Below, piece by piece: positions 35,757 to 46,603 of a stretch of 64,000 nt of DNA. The DNA lies in NCBI GenBank assembly GCA_013140715.1, contig JABFSG010000023.1, positions 9,202 to 73,201 of the forward strand. Reading direction: 5' to 3'. Positions within the stretch are counted from its first letter, which is position 1, and the number at the start of each line of letters is the position of its first letter. The DNA comes from Nitrospiraceae bacterium (GTDB taxonomy: Bacteria; Nitrospirota; Nitrospiria; Nitrospirales; Nitrospiraceae). The position numbers and the translations under genes are program-made. Under the pieces are notes generated by a model. That model saw only the letters and a list, made by a program, of their open reading frames with translations. It searched no databases and was not told the DNA's origin.

Positions 35757-37597
35757 TCCGACACCTCCTTCTGGCTCGACACTGATCTGACCTCTGCGAT
35801 CTCTGCGCTGAATATCTCCAATGCCTGTTTGACGACCGGATGTGCCCGAGCTTGCTCGAAGAGAACCAATCGTTGTTCTTTTTCCTTCGCTGCCCGGAGC
35901 TGCGCCATCGTCGGTCCGGGGGCGTCCGACTCGGTCAGTTCGACAATCCGCAACCGAACGGTCTGTCCGCTTAATCGTTCATACATAGCAGTAAGCGCCG
36001 CCAGATTGTCGGGTTTCTCGATCATCCCTCTGGCCACCGTCGCCTGTTTGGTGAATCCAATCGTCACGACATGGCCGTCCACTCCTACGAGGCGGCCCAT
36101 TTCCAAGAAAGGGGCAATGTTGGAGAATGCTCCAGCGACTTCTTCCTGAAACTGGTCCCAATTGAGCGTTACCGCTAGACGTCCGCTTTCAGGCTGGGGC
36201 GATGCCACAGGCTCTGAAGCTTTCACAGTACCGGCAATGCCAGAAGGTTGGACATTCGAAGAATCCGTCGAGAGGCTCCGCGGAGACGCCGTACTCGCGG
36301 GAACGGTGGGACGCGATGGTATCGGAACGGCCGGCGCGGGAAGCGTCGCTTGAGAAGGCTTCGGTGTCACAGCTGACGGTGGGTCGACGGAACGAGTCGA
36401 TGAAACCCGCGAGCCTGTGCGCATCGAAGTTGGCTGAGGCGGGCTTGTCGCTTGAGTTGACTGCACCGTTTGGGGAGACGGCGATTTCCCATCCGCTCGA
36501 CGCAGCAATCTCGTCGCACGGATCGCCGCCGTTTCAAGTACGAACCGAGGATGGGCACTCAATCTGAGCGAGTCCTCTGCCTGCGTGAAGAGCGCCAATA
36601 ATTCCTGTAGAGGCTCGGGCGAGAACGCCTGCGCATCGATTGCCATCTGTGCGAGGTCTTCTGCGGAGGCCTCGATCAATCCCTGCCGCTCTTGGGGCGA
36701 GGTTACCACCGACACCACCAGCATGTTGCGTAGATATTCGACGACCTCAGCACAGTAGGCCCGCAGATCGTGCCCTTGGTCCAACAGTTGCGCCAGCACC
36801 CGCAGCGCCGCCGCGCTTTCCTGCGTCGTGATCGCCTGAATCATGGCGCGAACGAGTTCGTGTGGAACCGCACCCAGCAGGGCTTCCAGGTCTGTGTGCA
36901 CGATCGTTTTGCCGGCGAACGCCACTGCCTGGTCGAGTAGGCTCAACCCATCGCGCATGCTGCCTTCGCTGGCTCTGGCGAGCGCCATCAGGCTCCGTTC
37001 CTCGATCGCGATCTTGTCCTGATCGACGACATGGCGCAGTCGTTCGATGATCTCGGTTCGCGCGATCCGCCGAAAGTTGTAATGCTGACAGCGGGAAAGA
37101 ATCGTCGCCGGAATCTTGTGAATTTCGGTGGTCGCAAAGATAAACACCACATGCGGAGGCGGCTCTTCCAACGTCTTCAACAGTGCATTGAAGGCGGAAT
37201 TCGACAACATGTGGACTTCATCGATGATGTAGACCCGGTATTTCCCGCGAAAGGCCGCGAATTTGACGTTCTCACGGATTTCGCGCACATCGTCCACGCT
37301 CGTATTGGATGCCCCGTCGATCTCCATGACATCGACAGAGGTTCCCTGCGCAATTTCGAGGCAGTTGGAGCAGGTGCCGCAGGGTGTGCCGGTCGGCCCC
37401 CGTTCGCAATTGAGCGCCTTCGCGAGAATTCTCGCAACCGTGGTTTTCCCTACGCCGCGGGTCCCGGAAAAAAGATAGGCTTGGGCGATGCGCTTCGTGG
37501 TGATGGAATTGACGAGCGTCTGAACGACGTGTGGCTGCCCGATCACATCGTCGAACGTGCCAGGCCGGTACTTTCTTGCAGAGACTTGATAGTCCAT
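35753..37597 (-). CDS. dnaX: DNA polymerase III subunit gamma/tau
   Basis: YRPGTFDDVIGQ, GTRGVGKTT, zinc module CGTCSNC, IIDEVHMLS. Confidence 0.95.
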   Translation of the reverse strand: MDYQVSARKYRPGTFDDVIGQPHVVQTLVNSITTKRIAQAYLFSGTRGVGKTTVARILAKALNCERGPTGTPCGTCSNCLEIAQGTSVDVMEIDGASNTSVDDVREIRENVKFAAFRGKYRVYIIDEVHMLSNSAFNALLKTLEEPPPHVVFIFATTEIHKIPATILSRCQHYNFRRIARTEIIERLRHVVDQDKIAIEERSLMALARASEGSMRDGLSLLDQAVAFAGKTIVHTDLEALLGAVPHELVRAMIQAITTQESAAALRVLAQLLDQGHDLRAYCAEVVEYLRNMLVVSVVTSPQERQGLIEASAEDLAQMAIDAQAFSPEPLQELLALFTQAEDSLRLSAHPRFVLETAAIRATRLLRRADGKSPSPQTVQSTQATSPPQPTSMRTGSRVSSTRSVDPPSAVTPKPSQATLPAPAVPIPSRPTVPASTASPRSLSTDSSNVQPSGIAGTVKASEPVASPQPESGRLAVTLNWDQFQEEVAGAFSNIAPFLEMGRLVGVDGHVVTIGFTKQATVARGMIEKPDNLAALTAMYERLSGQTVRLRIVELTESDAPGPTMAQLRAAKEKEQRLVLFEQARAHPVVKQALEIFSAEIAEVRSVSSQKEVSE

Positions 37598-37673
37598 GGT
37601 GCGTCGTTCGTTAAGCGTGAAGCGTATTTCGTCTGCGATTTTGACGTTTCACGAGATACGTTATTGGGAAAGC

Positions 37674-37774
37674 GGGGCCAGGTGATCCTGCGGCACACAG
37701 AACTGACCGCTTACCGTTGCTTCCTTCCGGACCTGGCGGGGTTCACAGGGTTCTGTCGCACAGGGCCCGGCCCC
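37674..37774 (-). ncRNA. ffs: signal recognition particle RNA (4.5S-type)
   Basis: The minus strand reads GGGGCCGGG...GUGAACCCCGCCAGGUCCGGAAGGAAGCAACGGUAAG...CCUGGCCCC. The conserved domain IV motif is present and the 5'/3' ends pair. It lies directly upstream of dnaX. Confidence 0.88.
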
Positions 37775-37840
37775 TAGTTGCAAACATTGTTAGGCGTAAG
37801 GGGTAAAGGGTTAGGGGGTCAACTGCAAGTGCTGTCTCTA

Positions 37841-37916
37841 TTCCCTCACGCCTCACTTTTTCGCTTCACGCCTTACGTTTCACATCTTCATGTGGCGGAG
37901 AGGGTGGGCATTCGAA
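37841..37916. repeat. duplicate of the tRNA-Ser 3' end plus its downstream flank (pseudo-tRNA fragment)
   Basis: ttcacgccttacgtttcacatcttcatgtggcggagagggtgggcattcgaa closely matches 38049-38117. Only the last ~24 nt of the tRNA are present, with a 1-nt insertion. Confidence 0.7.
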
Positions 37917-38095
37917 GTCGCGCACGCTGAAACAGTGTCCGCTCCTACGGAGGGGGCCAGCCCCCTCGTAGGCTCCCCACGTGGGGGACACATCCCCCAC
38001 GATCCCCCTGTTCGAATCCCACCCTTGGACAGTTCTTGTCCTTTTAGTACTCCCTCACCTTTTACGGTTCACGCCTTACGTTTTACGTCTTCATG

Positions 38096-38185
<90 letters not shown>

Positions 38186-38341
38186 GCACTGATTTTTGCG
38201 AGGCGGCATCTTAACACGCGGTCTGATGACCGGCAAGGTAAAGGAACGGCCCTCGCAGAGGGACAAGTCGGCCTATAGTGAACGTGGTCGAGTTCTTTCC
38301 TATATACTGATGCTGGGGGAAGCTGGCAGGGAGGTGCGCCC

Positions 38342-39991
38342 ATGAAGATAGTAATAGGGTTACTTGCTGTCCTGGTGACGGTAGTTGGAGCAATCCTGGC
38401 GCTTCCCTTCCTGATTGACCTCAACAAGTATCAAGATCAATACAAACCCCTTATCGAAGACGCGCTTAACCGAAAAGTTCAGCTGCAAGACATCCGCCTG
38501 ACGATCTGGCCGCGGATCGGCGCCAGGGTGGCCGGGTTTGCCGTACTGGATGACCCGGCATTCGGCTCAAATCCCTTTACCTCTCTTACGTCGCTGGACG
38601 TTGGGGTCCAACTCATGCCGTTACTCAGTGGCAAGGTAGAGGTAGAAGACATCACGCTTCGGGATCCTGTCGTCACGGTCATCAAGAACAAGAACGGCGT
38701 CTTGAACGTCTCAACGATCGGCCGTACGGGGGCTGAGTTGCCGAACGCTCCCTCGCGTGCGCCGATTCCATCGACTGAAGGGCCGCTCAAAATCCTGGCG
38801 TTGCTGGCCGTGGATCGAGTCTCTATCGTCGGTGGAACAGTGACGTATCGTGACTTGTCGGCAGCAGAACCGGTCGAGTATGTGCTGCAAGATCTGCAAT
38901 TTGTCCTCAAATCTGTTCGTCTCGGCCAGAGTCCAAGCCTCCATCTCGCCACACTTATTCAGCCGTTCAACCTGCCTGTGGCCCTGGACGGCACATTCGG
39001 TCCACTCAAAGAAACGACGGACATCGACGCCATCAATCTGCAGCTATCATTGGGGAAGACGGTTTTCACCATCACTGGTAGTACCGCCAGGCGCGATGCG
39101 AAGGTCAGCATCAACTCGGCAGCCATCAACACGGCGCATCTTCCGATTGCCCTGCCGCTGAAGAAGCCGGTCGAATTGAAGAACGTTGAAATTTCCGCAG
39201 CAGTCAAGGGTCAGGATGCGCATCTGACCAATGTTTCATTCCAACTCTTCGACGGGCAGGTAAAGGGGCAGGGGAGCCTCATCTCCGGATCCGACAGTCC
39301 TCCCTTCACCGGCAAGGTGACGATTCAAGGTCTGCAGCTTGGACCTGCCCTGGACGCACTGGCGGGGCCATCAGTGTCGATCAGCGGGACAGCCGGAGCC
39401 GACCTTGCGCTGCAAGGCCGTGGATTCTCCATGCAGGACCTCACCAAGAGCCTGGAGGGAACCAGTCACATCGCTGTGAAAGATGGAAGGGTCGAGGGTG
39501 TGAACCTCCTCCAGGAAGCCTTCTCCCTCCTCAAGGTCGCTGGTATCTCGCTCGATGATCCCAAGGCAACGGTATTTTCGACGATCGAAACGGACCTCGC
39601 GATCAAAGAAGGCATGATCAATGTCCAACGGATCTTGATGGACAGCCATGACTTCCAAGCTACGGGAAATGGCGCCGTCGGCTTTGATCAAACCCTGAAC
39701 CTCAAAGTGATGCTGAATCTGTCGCAGGCGCTCAGTCAGAAAATCGCCGATTCGTCTCCGGCTGCTAGATTCGCACTGATCGAAGGACGGCTCAATGTGC
39801 CTTTGGTCATCACCGGTACCGTACAAGCGCCGTCATACGGGCTGGATTCGAAAGCCTTGACTGCTAGGGTTCAGGAACAGGTGAAGGAGCAAGTGAAAGA
39901 AGCAATCGGTGATCTGCTCAAGGGCTCGACCCAGCCGGGCGACCTCAAACAGAAAGGCCGGAATCTTTTGAAGGGACTCTTGGGACGATAA
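38342..39991 (+). CDS. AsmA-family outer-membrane biogenesis protein
   Basis: N-terminal anchor MKIVIGLLAVLVTVVGAILALPFLID. Repetitive beta-rich body. The C-terminal DGRLNVPLVITGTVQAPSYGLD is typical of AsmA. Confidence 0.8.
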   Translation: MKIVIGLLAVLVTVVGAILALPFLIDLNKYQDQYKPLIEDALNRKVQLQDIRLTIWPRIGARVAGFAVLDDPAFGSNPFTSLTSLDVGVQLMPLLSGKVEVEDITLRDPVVTVIKNKNGVLNVSTIGRTGAELPNAPSRAPIPSTEGPLKILALLAVDRVSIVGGTVTYRDLSAAEPVEYVLQDLQFVLKSVRLGQSPSLHLATLIQPFNLPVALDGTFGPLKETTDIDAINLQLSLGKTVFTITGSTARRDAKVSINSAAINTAHLPIALPLKKPVELKNVEISAAVKGQDAHLTNVSFQLFDGQVKGQGSLISGSDSPPFTGKVTIQGLQLGPALDALAGPSVSISGTAGADLALQGRGFSMQDLTKSLEGTSHIAVKDGRVEGVNLLQEAFSLLKVAGISLDDPKATVFSTIETDLAIKEGMINVQRILMDSHDFQATGNGAVGFDQTLNLKVMLNLSQALSQKIADSSPAARFALIEGRLNVPLVITGTVQAPSYGLDSKALTARVQEQVKEQVKEAIGDLLKGSTQPGDLKQKGRNLLKGLLGR

Positions 39992-40445
39992 GAAAAACCC
40001 TAAGGAGAGAAAGTCTAGATCCACTCCCGACAATTTTACGCTCTGCGCATCGAGCTTCCTTCCGCAATCACACCCATCCCGATTCTTTTGCCGCCAACTG
40101 TGGCGGGATAGCCTTCCAGGATCACCAATCAGTCACACCTGCGAAGGACAATCCCTTCGCAGGATCTATCGACCAGCGGTACATTTGCAAAGATGTTTAA
40201 TGAAATGGGCCTTTCTCAGTCACCGGCATCGGCCTTGCTTATTCCGGCAGCCGTCGCTCCATATGCGATGTGTGAATTACTCCATCGGCACATAGCTCCT
40301 AGTCATTATGCTTGCTTATTTATATCGGTTCCGGCTATACAGGCGGAGATTTTTAGGGCTGAATGGCCCTGAGATTCTCAGCCACCCCCGATAAATCGTG
40401 AAGATGCAATCACAGACATTCGCTCATTTTTGCAAGGAGGGTTCA

Positions 40446-41561
40446 ATGAAGAAAGTTTTCTGCGGTTTCGCAATTGCGATGGTTGGCTGTTTGATGGGAG
40501 GGCTGTCATCCACGGAATCCCATGCTCAAGTGACTCCTCCAGCCGCATCTGTCGCAGCGACCACTCCCGATGTCGTGACGTTGAAAGACGGCAGCGTTAT
40601 ATACGGAGAAGTGATCGAGATGTCGGGCGGCGTGTTGCTGATCAAGAACCCCGCTAGCCCCGACAGCACGGTGAAGGTGAAGTGGGAGGATGTTGCCAAG
40701 CTAGCGGTGAACCATCCCACGCCGTTTCATCTCAAGGAGGGAACGGTCCTCAACGGCACAGCGACAGCCGGACCCGATGGGACACTGAACATTCAGGCTG
40801 AACCGCTTAAAGGAACGATGACTGTGCCGATGGGTTCCGTCACCTCCATGAATCCGGTCATTCAGCCGCCGGTCATTTATTCGGGCAGCTTAACCGGCGG
40901 TTACTCCCAAACGACCGGGAACAGCCATTTGCGCAATGCCAGCCTGCTTGGAGATTTCGTGGCGCGGAGCGAACAGCTCCGGCTCTCGATCAACGGCCGT
41001 TACGTCTACGGCGACAACTCCAATACGCTGATTGCTCGAAACGCGCGCGGAACGATCAAGCTCGACTTTTTTATCACCAAGCGGTTCTACTGGTTCGCCT
41101 CCGCCTACTTCGAAAACGATCGTTTCCAAGACCTGAAGATGCGAACCGCGCTTGCCAGTGGGCCCGGCTACCAATTTATCGAGCGGGGAGACTTCTCCGG
41201 CATCTTCAAAGACATGACCTTCTATTCCGAAGCCGGCCTTGCCTACTTCAATGAGGATTTTCGGGTGGCAGACGACAAGTCCAGTCTTCGCGCTCGTGTA
41301 TCCATGAAATGGAACTGGCCGCTCTTCGACGATCGTGTGACGTTGTATCACTACAACGAAATCTTCCCCTCTCTCCAGAATTCCTCGAACTTCTTCCTCA
41401 CGATGGATAACGGCGTGAGGTTCAAGATTTGGGAAGGGTTGGCGAGCGGCTTTCAAGTGACCACGCGCTATAACAACAATCCGGCGGTCGGCACAGGGGA
41501 TACGGACAACCTGTACCTCTGGACCATCGGATACAACTTCGACACGACCAGGAAACGGTAG
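40446..41561 (+). CDS. DUF481-family outer-membrane beta-barrel protein with an N-terminal soluble domain
   Basis: Signal peptide after an AAGGAGG SD. GGYSQTTGNSHLRNASL and ...YNFDTTRKR resemble the YdiY/DUF481 family. Confidence 0.75.
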   Translation: MKKVFCGFAIAMVGCLMGGLSSTESHAQVTPPAASVAATTPDVVTLKDGSVIYGEVIEMSGGVLLIKNPASPDSTVKVKWEDVAKLAVNHPTPFHLKEGTVLNGTATAGPDGTLNIQAEPLKGTMTVPMGSVTSMNPVIQPPVIYSGSLTGGYSQTTGNSHLRNASLLGDFVARSEQLRLSINGRYVYGDNSNTLIARNARGTIKLDFFITKRFYWFASAYFENDRFQDLKMRTALASGPGYQFIERGDFSGIFKDMTFYSEAGLAYFNEDFRVADDKSSLRARVSMKWNWPLFDDRVTLYHYNEIFPSLQNSSNFFLTMDNGVRFKIWEGLASGFQVTTRYNNNPAVGTGDTDNLYLWTIGYNFDTTRKR

Positions 41562-41609
41562 CGCCATCAAGACCCATGCGGTACACCCCAATCCTCATGA
41601 GGAGGACCT

Positions 41610-42038
41610 ATGCTGAACGAGTTTAAAGAATTCGCGATGAAGGGTAACGTGCTCGACATGGCGATCGGTGTCATTATGGGTGCCGCATTCGGGAAAATCG
41701 TCTCATCGCTCGTGAGCGATGTGCTGATGCCCCCGATCGGCTTGCTGTTGGGCAACGTCGACTTCTCGAGCCTCTTCATCAATTTGTCAGGCACGCCGCA
41801 GGCATCCCTCGCCGCCGCCAAGGCAGCGGGAGTTCCCACCATTAATTACGGGGTCTTTCTTCAAGCGACATTTGACTTTATCATCATTGCCATCGTAATC
41901 TTTTTGATGGTCAAGCAAGTCAATCGGCTGAAGAAACCTGTGCCGGTTGCGGCTCCGACGACCAAGGACTGTCCTCAGTGTTTGTCAGCGATTCCAATCA
42001 AGGCTACGAAGTGCGCACATTGTACGTCCAACGTCTAG
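41610..42038 (+). CDS. mscL: large-conductance mechanosensitive channel
   Basis: [44 protein letters not shown]. Confidence 0.95.
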   Translation: MLNEFKEFAMKGNVLDMAIGVIMGAAFGKIVSSLVSDVLMPPIGLLLGNVDFSSLFINLSGTPQASLAAAKAAGVPTINYGVFLQATFDFIIIAIVIFLMVKQVNRLKKPVPVAAPTTKDCPQCLSAIPIKATKCAHCTSNV

Positions 42039-42121
42039 GGTGCGGCGAGATTTCCCCACGATGCGGGAGTGGAAAATCATACACAGGAGTTGCCCGTGAG
42101 ATTTAGAGGGAGGAAATCATC

Positions 42122-43075
42122 ATGCAGGTATTCAAAACCACCGTTGTGGTAGCAGGCCTGGCTGCATTGGCGGGCTGCGCGAGCTGGGATAAGAGCCCCA
42201 TTTGCGATAAGACTCACCAATGGACGGCTTGGAATGATGTTCGATGTGCCGAGCCAGCGGCTATGGCCTCCGATGAGCTGGGTGCAGCACAGAAGCAGAT
42301 TCGCGCCCTTAATGGGCGTGTCAGCGATCTGGAACGCCAGCTCGCCGACCGCGATCGGGAGCTTGCCTCTCTTCGTTCCGGTGCTGGGGATTCTGCCAAG
42401 CTGGCTAGCCAGCTCTCTGCCGCAAATAGTGAGAAGGACCGACTGTCTGCCGCATTGGCGGCTGCGAATAGCAAGAATAGCAGCCTCGAAGCGCAACTCG
42501 CAGGGATGACCGGTATGGCAGCTGAATTGGCTGCCTGCAAGCAGCGTGTCGCGGAATTAGAGCGTCTCCTGGCAGATCGTGACAAGGAACTTGCCGGTCT
42601 GCGCGGCGAACTCTCTGCCGAAATGGCGAAACTGAGAGATGCGCAGCGTGGATTGATCCGGGCGCTACGCCCGCAGATCAACAAGGGGGATATCACGATC
42701 GATTTGGACAACGAACGCCTGTTGATTAACTTGGCCTCCGGCTATCTGTTCGGGTCCGGCCAAGACGAACTGAAACCGGCGGGCGCCGATGCCCTGAAGC
42801 AAGTTGGGGCGATCTTGAAGGATTATTCGGAGTACAAGGTTGCGGTGGACGGTCATACCGACAATGTGCCAATCGTGGGCGCATTGAAGCAGAAGTTCCC
42901 AACGAACAAGGAACTCTCTGAATCCCGTGCGGCCAATGCAGCAAAGGCGTTGGCGGGAGGCGGCCTTAGCGCTCCATCGATACACGGCTATGCAGATAGC
43001 AAGCCTGTTGAGCCGAACACGACTCCAGCGGGCCGGGCAAAGAACCGCCGTGTCGAGGTTCGCGTCACGAAATAG
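42122..43075 (+). CDS. OmpA-family lipoprotein with an N-terminal coiled coil
   Basis: LAALAGCAS lipobox. Repeated LERxLADRDxELAxLR units. The C-terminus has GHTDNVPI...NRRVEV (OmpA_C). Confidence 0.85.
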   Translation: MQVFKTTVVVAGLAALAGCASWDKSPICDKTHQWTAWNDVRCAEPAAMASDELGAAQKQIRALNGRVSDLERQLADRDRELASLRSGAGDSAKLASQLSAANSEKDRLSAALAAANSKNSSLEAQLAGMTGMAAELAACKQRVAELERLLADRDKELAGLRGELSAEMAKLRDAQRGLIRALRPQINKGDITIDLDNERLLINLASGYLFGSGQDELKPAGADALKQVGAILKDYSEYKVAVDGHTDNVPIVGALKQKFPTNKELSESRAANAAKALAGGGLSAPSIHGYADSKPVEPNTTPAGRAKNRRVEVRVTK

Positions 43076-43150
43076 CGTTTTGCACAGAAGGACGACTACG
43101 GGGGCTTCTCCGGTATGGAGAACCCCCGTAGCCTCCTCGTGAACTACTCT

Positions 43151-43810
43151 CTACAGCCTACAGATATCCTGTTCAACCGTCCCCGCTACAAGATTCCCAG
43201 TAATCGTAGCCAAAATCTTGTAGTGCCCAAGTCCTAATTCCTTCCCGAATGCCTCGCCGACCAGGATATCCTGCACATGTTGATGGTCCGATGCGCGGAA
43301 GAAGGACTTCCCCGCTTTCAATCCATCAAACTCATGACCCTCCATCGTTTTGATCAATTCGGCTGTGTCAGTCGAACCAGCCCGCTGCATGCCTTCGAGG
43401 ATTTGGGTCATGGCTGCATAGCCCAGATAGCAACGTGACGTCGGCATATGGCCGTACTTGTCGATCACACCCTGGATAAATCGTCGCGACCCGTCCGTTC
43501 CGACCTTAGGGTCCCAGATTAGACCCCAATTGCCGGCATTGTTGGCATAGCCAAGGGGGCGACCGATCTGTTCGCCTGCAATCATCCCACCCACTCCAAT
43601 CTTTTCTTTGGCCAGCTCCAATTTCGTGTAGGCTGTCAACGCATGCACAAGATCCCATCCGTAGAGGTTGAGAATGATCGCCGTGGGATTCCTGGCCTCC
43701 GTTTCGGCTAAGGCTGGAGCAAAATCCGTCGGGCCGAACTGGGTGATCGTCTTCCCGACGAAACAACGACTTGAGACTTGCCGCATCCAGGACCGCCTGG
43801 GCTGCCGCAA
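43151..43810 (-). pseudogene. C-terminal half of a type-I periplasmic substrate-binding protein (Liv/amide-urea type), N-terminal half missing
   Basis: TDFAPALAETEARNPTAIILNLYGWDLV...GYAAMTQILEGMQRAGSTD corresponds to domain 2 only. The upstream gene ends 12 nt away, so there is no room for the signal peptide or domain 1. Confidence 0.7.
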
Positions 43811-43822
43811 TGAGACGGAATT

Positions 43823-44329
43823 CTATAGGCCAAGCTCAGACAGTCCAGGGTGATTGTCGGGCCGGCGACCAATGGGCCAGAAATACTTTCGATCCTTCTC
43901 TGAAATTGGGGTGTCGTTGATACTCGCGATACGTCGGCGCATGAGGCCACTGTCGTCGAATTCCCAATTCTCGTTCCCGTATGACCGAAACCAGTTTCCT
44001 GAATCATCGTGCCACTCATACGCAAATCGAACGGCGATCCGGTTCCCTTGGTAGGCCCAAAGTTCTTTGACTAAGCGGTAGTCCAGCTCTCTGTTCCACT
44101 TATGGGTTAAGAACCGAACGATGGCCTCCCGACCGGTCAGGAACTCCGAACGGTTTCTCCACAGGCTGGCAGGTGTGTATGCGAGCGAAACCCTATGAGG
44201 ATCTCGAGTATTCCATGCGTCCTCGGCCATTCGGACCTTCTGGGCCGCGGACTCACCATCGAATGGCGGAAATGGAGGCCTAGGCTGTTCGAGAGCATGC
44301 ACGATGTGACCTCCTTCAGTTATTCTCAA
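43823..44329 (-). CDS. DUF1348 (NTF2-like) family protein
   Basis: [44 protein letters not shown]...[12 protein letters not shown]. Confidence 0.8.
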   Translation of the reverse strand: MRITEGGHIVHALEQPRPPFPPFDGESAAQKVRMAEDAWNTRDPHRVSLAYTPASLWRNRSEFLTGREAIVRFLTHKWNRELDYRLVKELWAYQGNRIAVRFAYEWHDDSGNWFRSYGNENWEFDDSGLMRRRIASINDTPISEKDRKYFWPIGRRPDNHPGLSELGL

Positions 44330-44389
44330 ACGCGGTGGCGGCAGAACATGACTTCACTATGCGCATCGAGCAACCGCACCCCTTCCATC

Positions 44390-45282
44390 TTAGCCGCCGG
44401 TTTTCAGATTGCGGCTGAGGAATTCGCGAAACAGCTTCGAGATCTCGTGTCCGTGCGTTTCCAGGGCGAAGTGCCCGATATCGGACATGTGCATCTCTGC
44501 ATTCGAAATGTCGCGTTTGTAGGGGGCGGGACCGGCTTGTGCTCGCGGAAGTAGGCTTGCCACTGAGGATACAGTGGCATATTCGTGCGATAGTCGTAGA
44601 ACAGGTCGAGCTCAATCTCCGCGTTACCCGGTCGGTCGAGAAATGTTTGGCCCATCGCCCACGCATCGGGGCTCACCAGCGATACGTCCTTCACGCCGTT
44701 TGTGTACTGCCACTTGGTGGCAGCAGGAGAGGTCAGCCACCGGATGGCTTCTCGCTCGGTTGATCCTCCGGCGCCCCAATAGGCCTTGATCGGGTCCCAA
44801 AACTGCTCGATGCCTTCGGTATAGGCGTTGCCGTTCTGCACGATGAGTGCGGTCACCTGTTCTGGATTTTTCGACGCCAAGCGGAAGCCGACAGGCGCTC
44901 CATAGTCCCTCACATACAAGGCGTAGCGGTTGACGCCAAGTTGGCGGATCAATTTGTCCATCACCTTGGCGTAGTTGTCGAAGCTGTGTGAGAACTTCGA
45001 CCGGTCGGGCATCCCGCTCTGGCCAAAGCCTGGATAGTCAGGCGCAATAACGCGGTACTTGTCGGTTAATTGCGGGATGAGATTTCGGAGCATATGCGAC
45101 GATGTCGGGAAGCCGTGAAACAGCAGGAGAACGGGAACATCCTTCGGCCCTGCCTCACGATAGGACACGTTCACGCCATCAACTTTGACGGTGTTGTACG
45201 TCACGCGAGTCGGATTCGATTGTTCCATCGTTTGCGCGAACACCGAAATCTCCATTGTCAGGAGCGTCAGGCCCAACAACAC
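44390..45282 (-). pseudogene. alpha/beta hydrolase (epoxide hydrolase / haloalkane-dehalogenase-like) with an internal out-of-frame deletion
   Basis: The N-terminus is intact (LLFHGFPTSSHM, VRDYGAPVG). After ...FREHKPVPPPT the annotated frame turns to nonsense, while a shifted frame reads YKRDISNAEMHMSDIGHFALETHGHEISKLFREFL. About 20 residues between them are absent. Confidence 0.7.
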
Positions 45283-45339
45283 AAATGGTACGACTCAGGG
45301 CGGTTTACTCTCTGTGATCGATAATTGTATCTGCCGATG

Positions 45340-45384
45340 TAAAAATCGTTGTGGGAGCGAATACCATTAGCCATCCGCTCCCAC
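45340..45384 (-). terminator. rho-independent terminator candidate ending the sigma-54-driven operon
   Basis: The minus strand reads gtgggagcg-N16-cgctcccac followed by aacgattttta. It lies 17 nt after the SnoaL-like stop. Confidence 0.5.
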
Positions 45385-45400
45385 GCGACATCACGTTTGA

Positions 45401-45760
45401 TTAGCCGTGGTAGTAGCGCTCTTTGACGATCTTGCCGTCCTGCCATTCAGTCTTGACGACCTGTTCGAGGCTGATGGTTCCCCCATTCTTCAATTTCAAA
45501 GTCAGCACCGCGTCATAGAAACTGGTGTTTCCCGCGACAGCCACAGCACCGACTGCATAACTGATAAACGCCGCCACTCCAATCGTCTCTCTGAATTCGT
45601 CCAGTCTGTCAATGGAGGCTTGTTTGCCCACGATGGGAGGCTGATTGCCTTCCTGCGTGACGACCGAGTCCGCAAAGTAGATCTTCTGACCTTCGGTCAT
45701 TTGCCCCTTCTTCAGAATGCCCAACATTTCTTGTAATGTTTCGCTCACCTGCTTACCCAT
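45401..45760 (-). CDS. SnoaL/NTF2-like small protein
   Basis: 119 aa. The overall pattern ends in ...EWQDGKIVKERYYHG. The family call is from memory. Confidence 0.6.
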   Translation of the reverse strand: MGKQVSETLQEMLGILKKGQMTEGQKIYFADSVVTQEGNQPPIVGKQASIDRLDEFRETIGVAAFISYAVGAVAVAGNTSFYDAVLTLKLKNGGTISLEQVVKTEWQDGKIVKERYYHG

Positions 45761-45888
45761 GATGATTCCTCCCTCTATGCCGTACGACTTTTTAAAAATG
45801 TGGATGTTGAACTCGCGGGTGTCAGTTGCTCAGGCCTCGGTGACCTGGTTGTGTGAGATACCCTGTTGTCGTTCAAAAGTTCATATCT

Positions 45889-46554
45889 CTACGCGCGACC
45901 GGCTTCGCATTCACGATGCCGGGCCAGTTCGACCCTGTCGCCGACTCGAATGTCTCCGCCCCGGATCACGAAGCAATTCAAGGCAAGCGTGCCCTCAAAT
46001 CTCCGCACGATGTCCGCCAGCACCTGGCGGTCTTGTTTCAGGCTGTCGGGATCGAACGTCGTCATGATGCAGCGCCCACGGAGGTCCTGTATCCCGATGA
46101 TGACGTCTCCGATGTGCAGGCACTGTCCGGGCCATGAGCGCTCAGCTAGGCCTTCGACCCCGCCGATAACCAGATTCGGCCTGAGGCGCCGACCATCACG
46201 TCCGAATGATGCGATCGCTCCATCCGTCGCCACCAGCAACGGCAGCACGTCGAAGCGATCGCTGGAGTCATCGCGAACGAGCTGGGCGCCAGGCCCTACG
46301 ATAGCCTCTACCTCTGTGCGGAGCTTGGGATCGCTCCACAGCAGGCTGTCGACCAGAGGCTCTCCGGATTCATTCAACGTGGCATGGTGACCGAGAAGCC
46401 GATGGTGCGTTCTGGACGTGATCACATGACCGTCCCCGTCCTCCACATGCACGACGCGATCCCCCTCGATGCCGAGCGGCCCAATACGCGCACGGTCCAA
46501 TTGTTCACCAGCCATCGACTTGACCGGGTATCGCCATATCTGTGCGACCTTCAT
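45889..46554 (-). CDS. MOSC domain-containing protein
   Basis: MKVAQIWRYPVKSMAGEQL (MOSC_N) and RLRPNLVIGG...RCIMTTFDPD with the conserved Cys. Confidence 0.85.
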   Translation of the reverse strand: MKVAQIWRYPVKSMAGEQLDRARIGPLGIEGDRVVHVEDGDGHVITSRTHHRLLGHHATLNESGEPLVDSLLWSDPKLRTEVEAIVGPGAQLVRDDSSDRFDVLPLLVATDGAIASFGRDGRRLRPNLVIGGVEGLAERSWPGQCLHIGDVIIGIQDLRGRCIMTTFDPDSLKQDRQVLADIVRRFEGTLALNCFVIRGGDIRVGDRVELARHRECEAGRA

Positions 46555-46603
46555 GGTTTGAACTCCTTCGACAAGGGCGACGGCCTTCTCATTGCAACCG
46601 CCA

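Noticed and set aside
37892-38030. A second functional tRNA (or tRNA-Sec) next to tRNA-Ser.
   Set aside because: Only the acceptor 3' strand and part of the T arm are present. The sequences flanking TTCGAAT cannot pair, and there are no D or anticodon arms.
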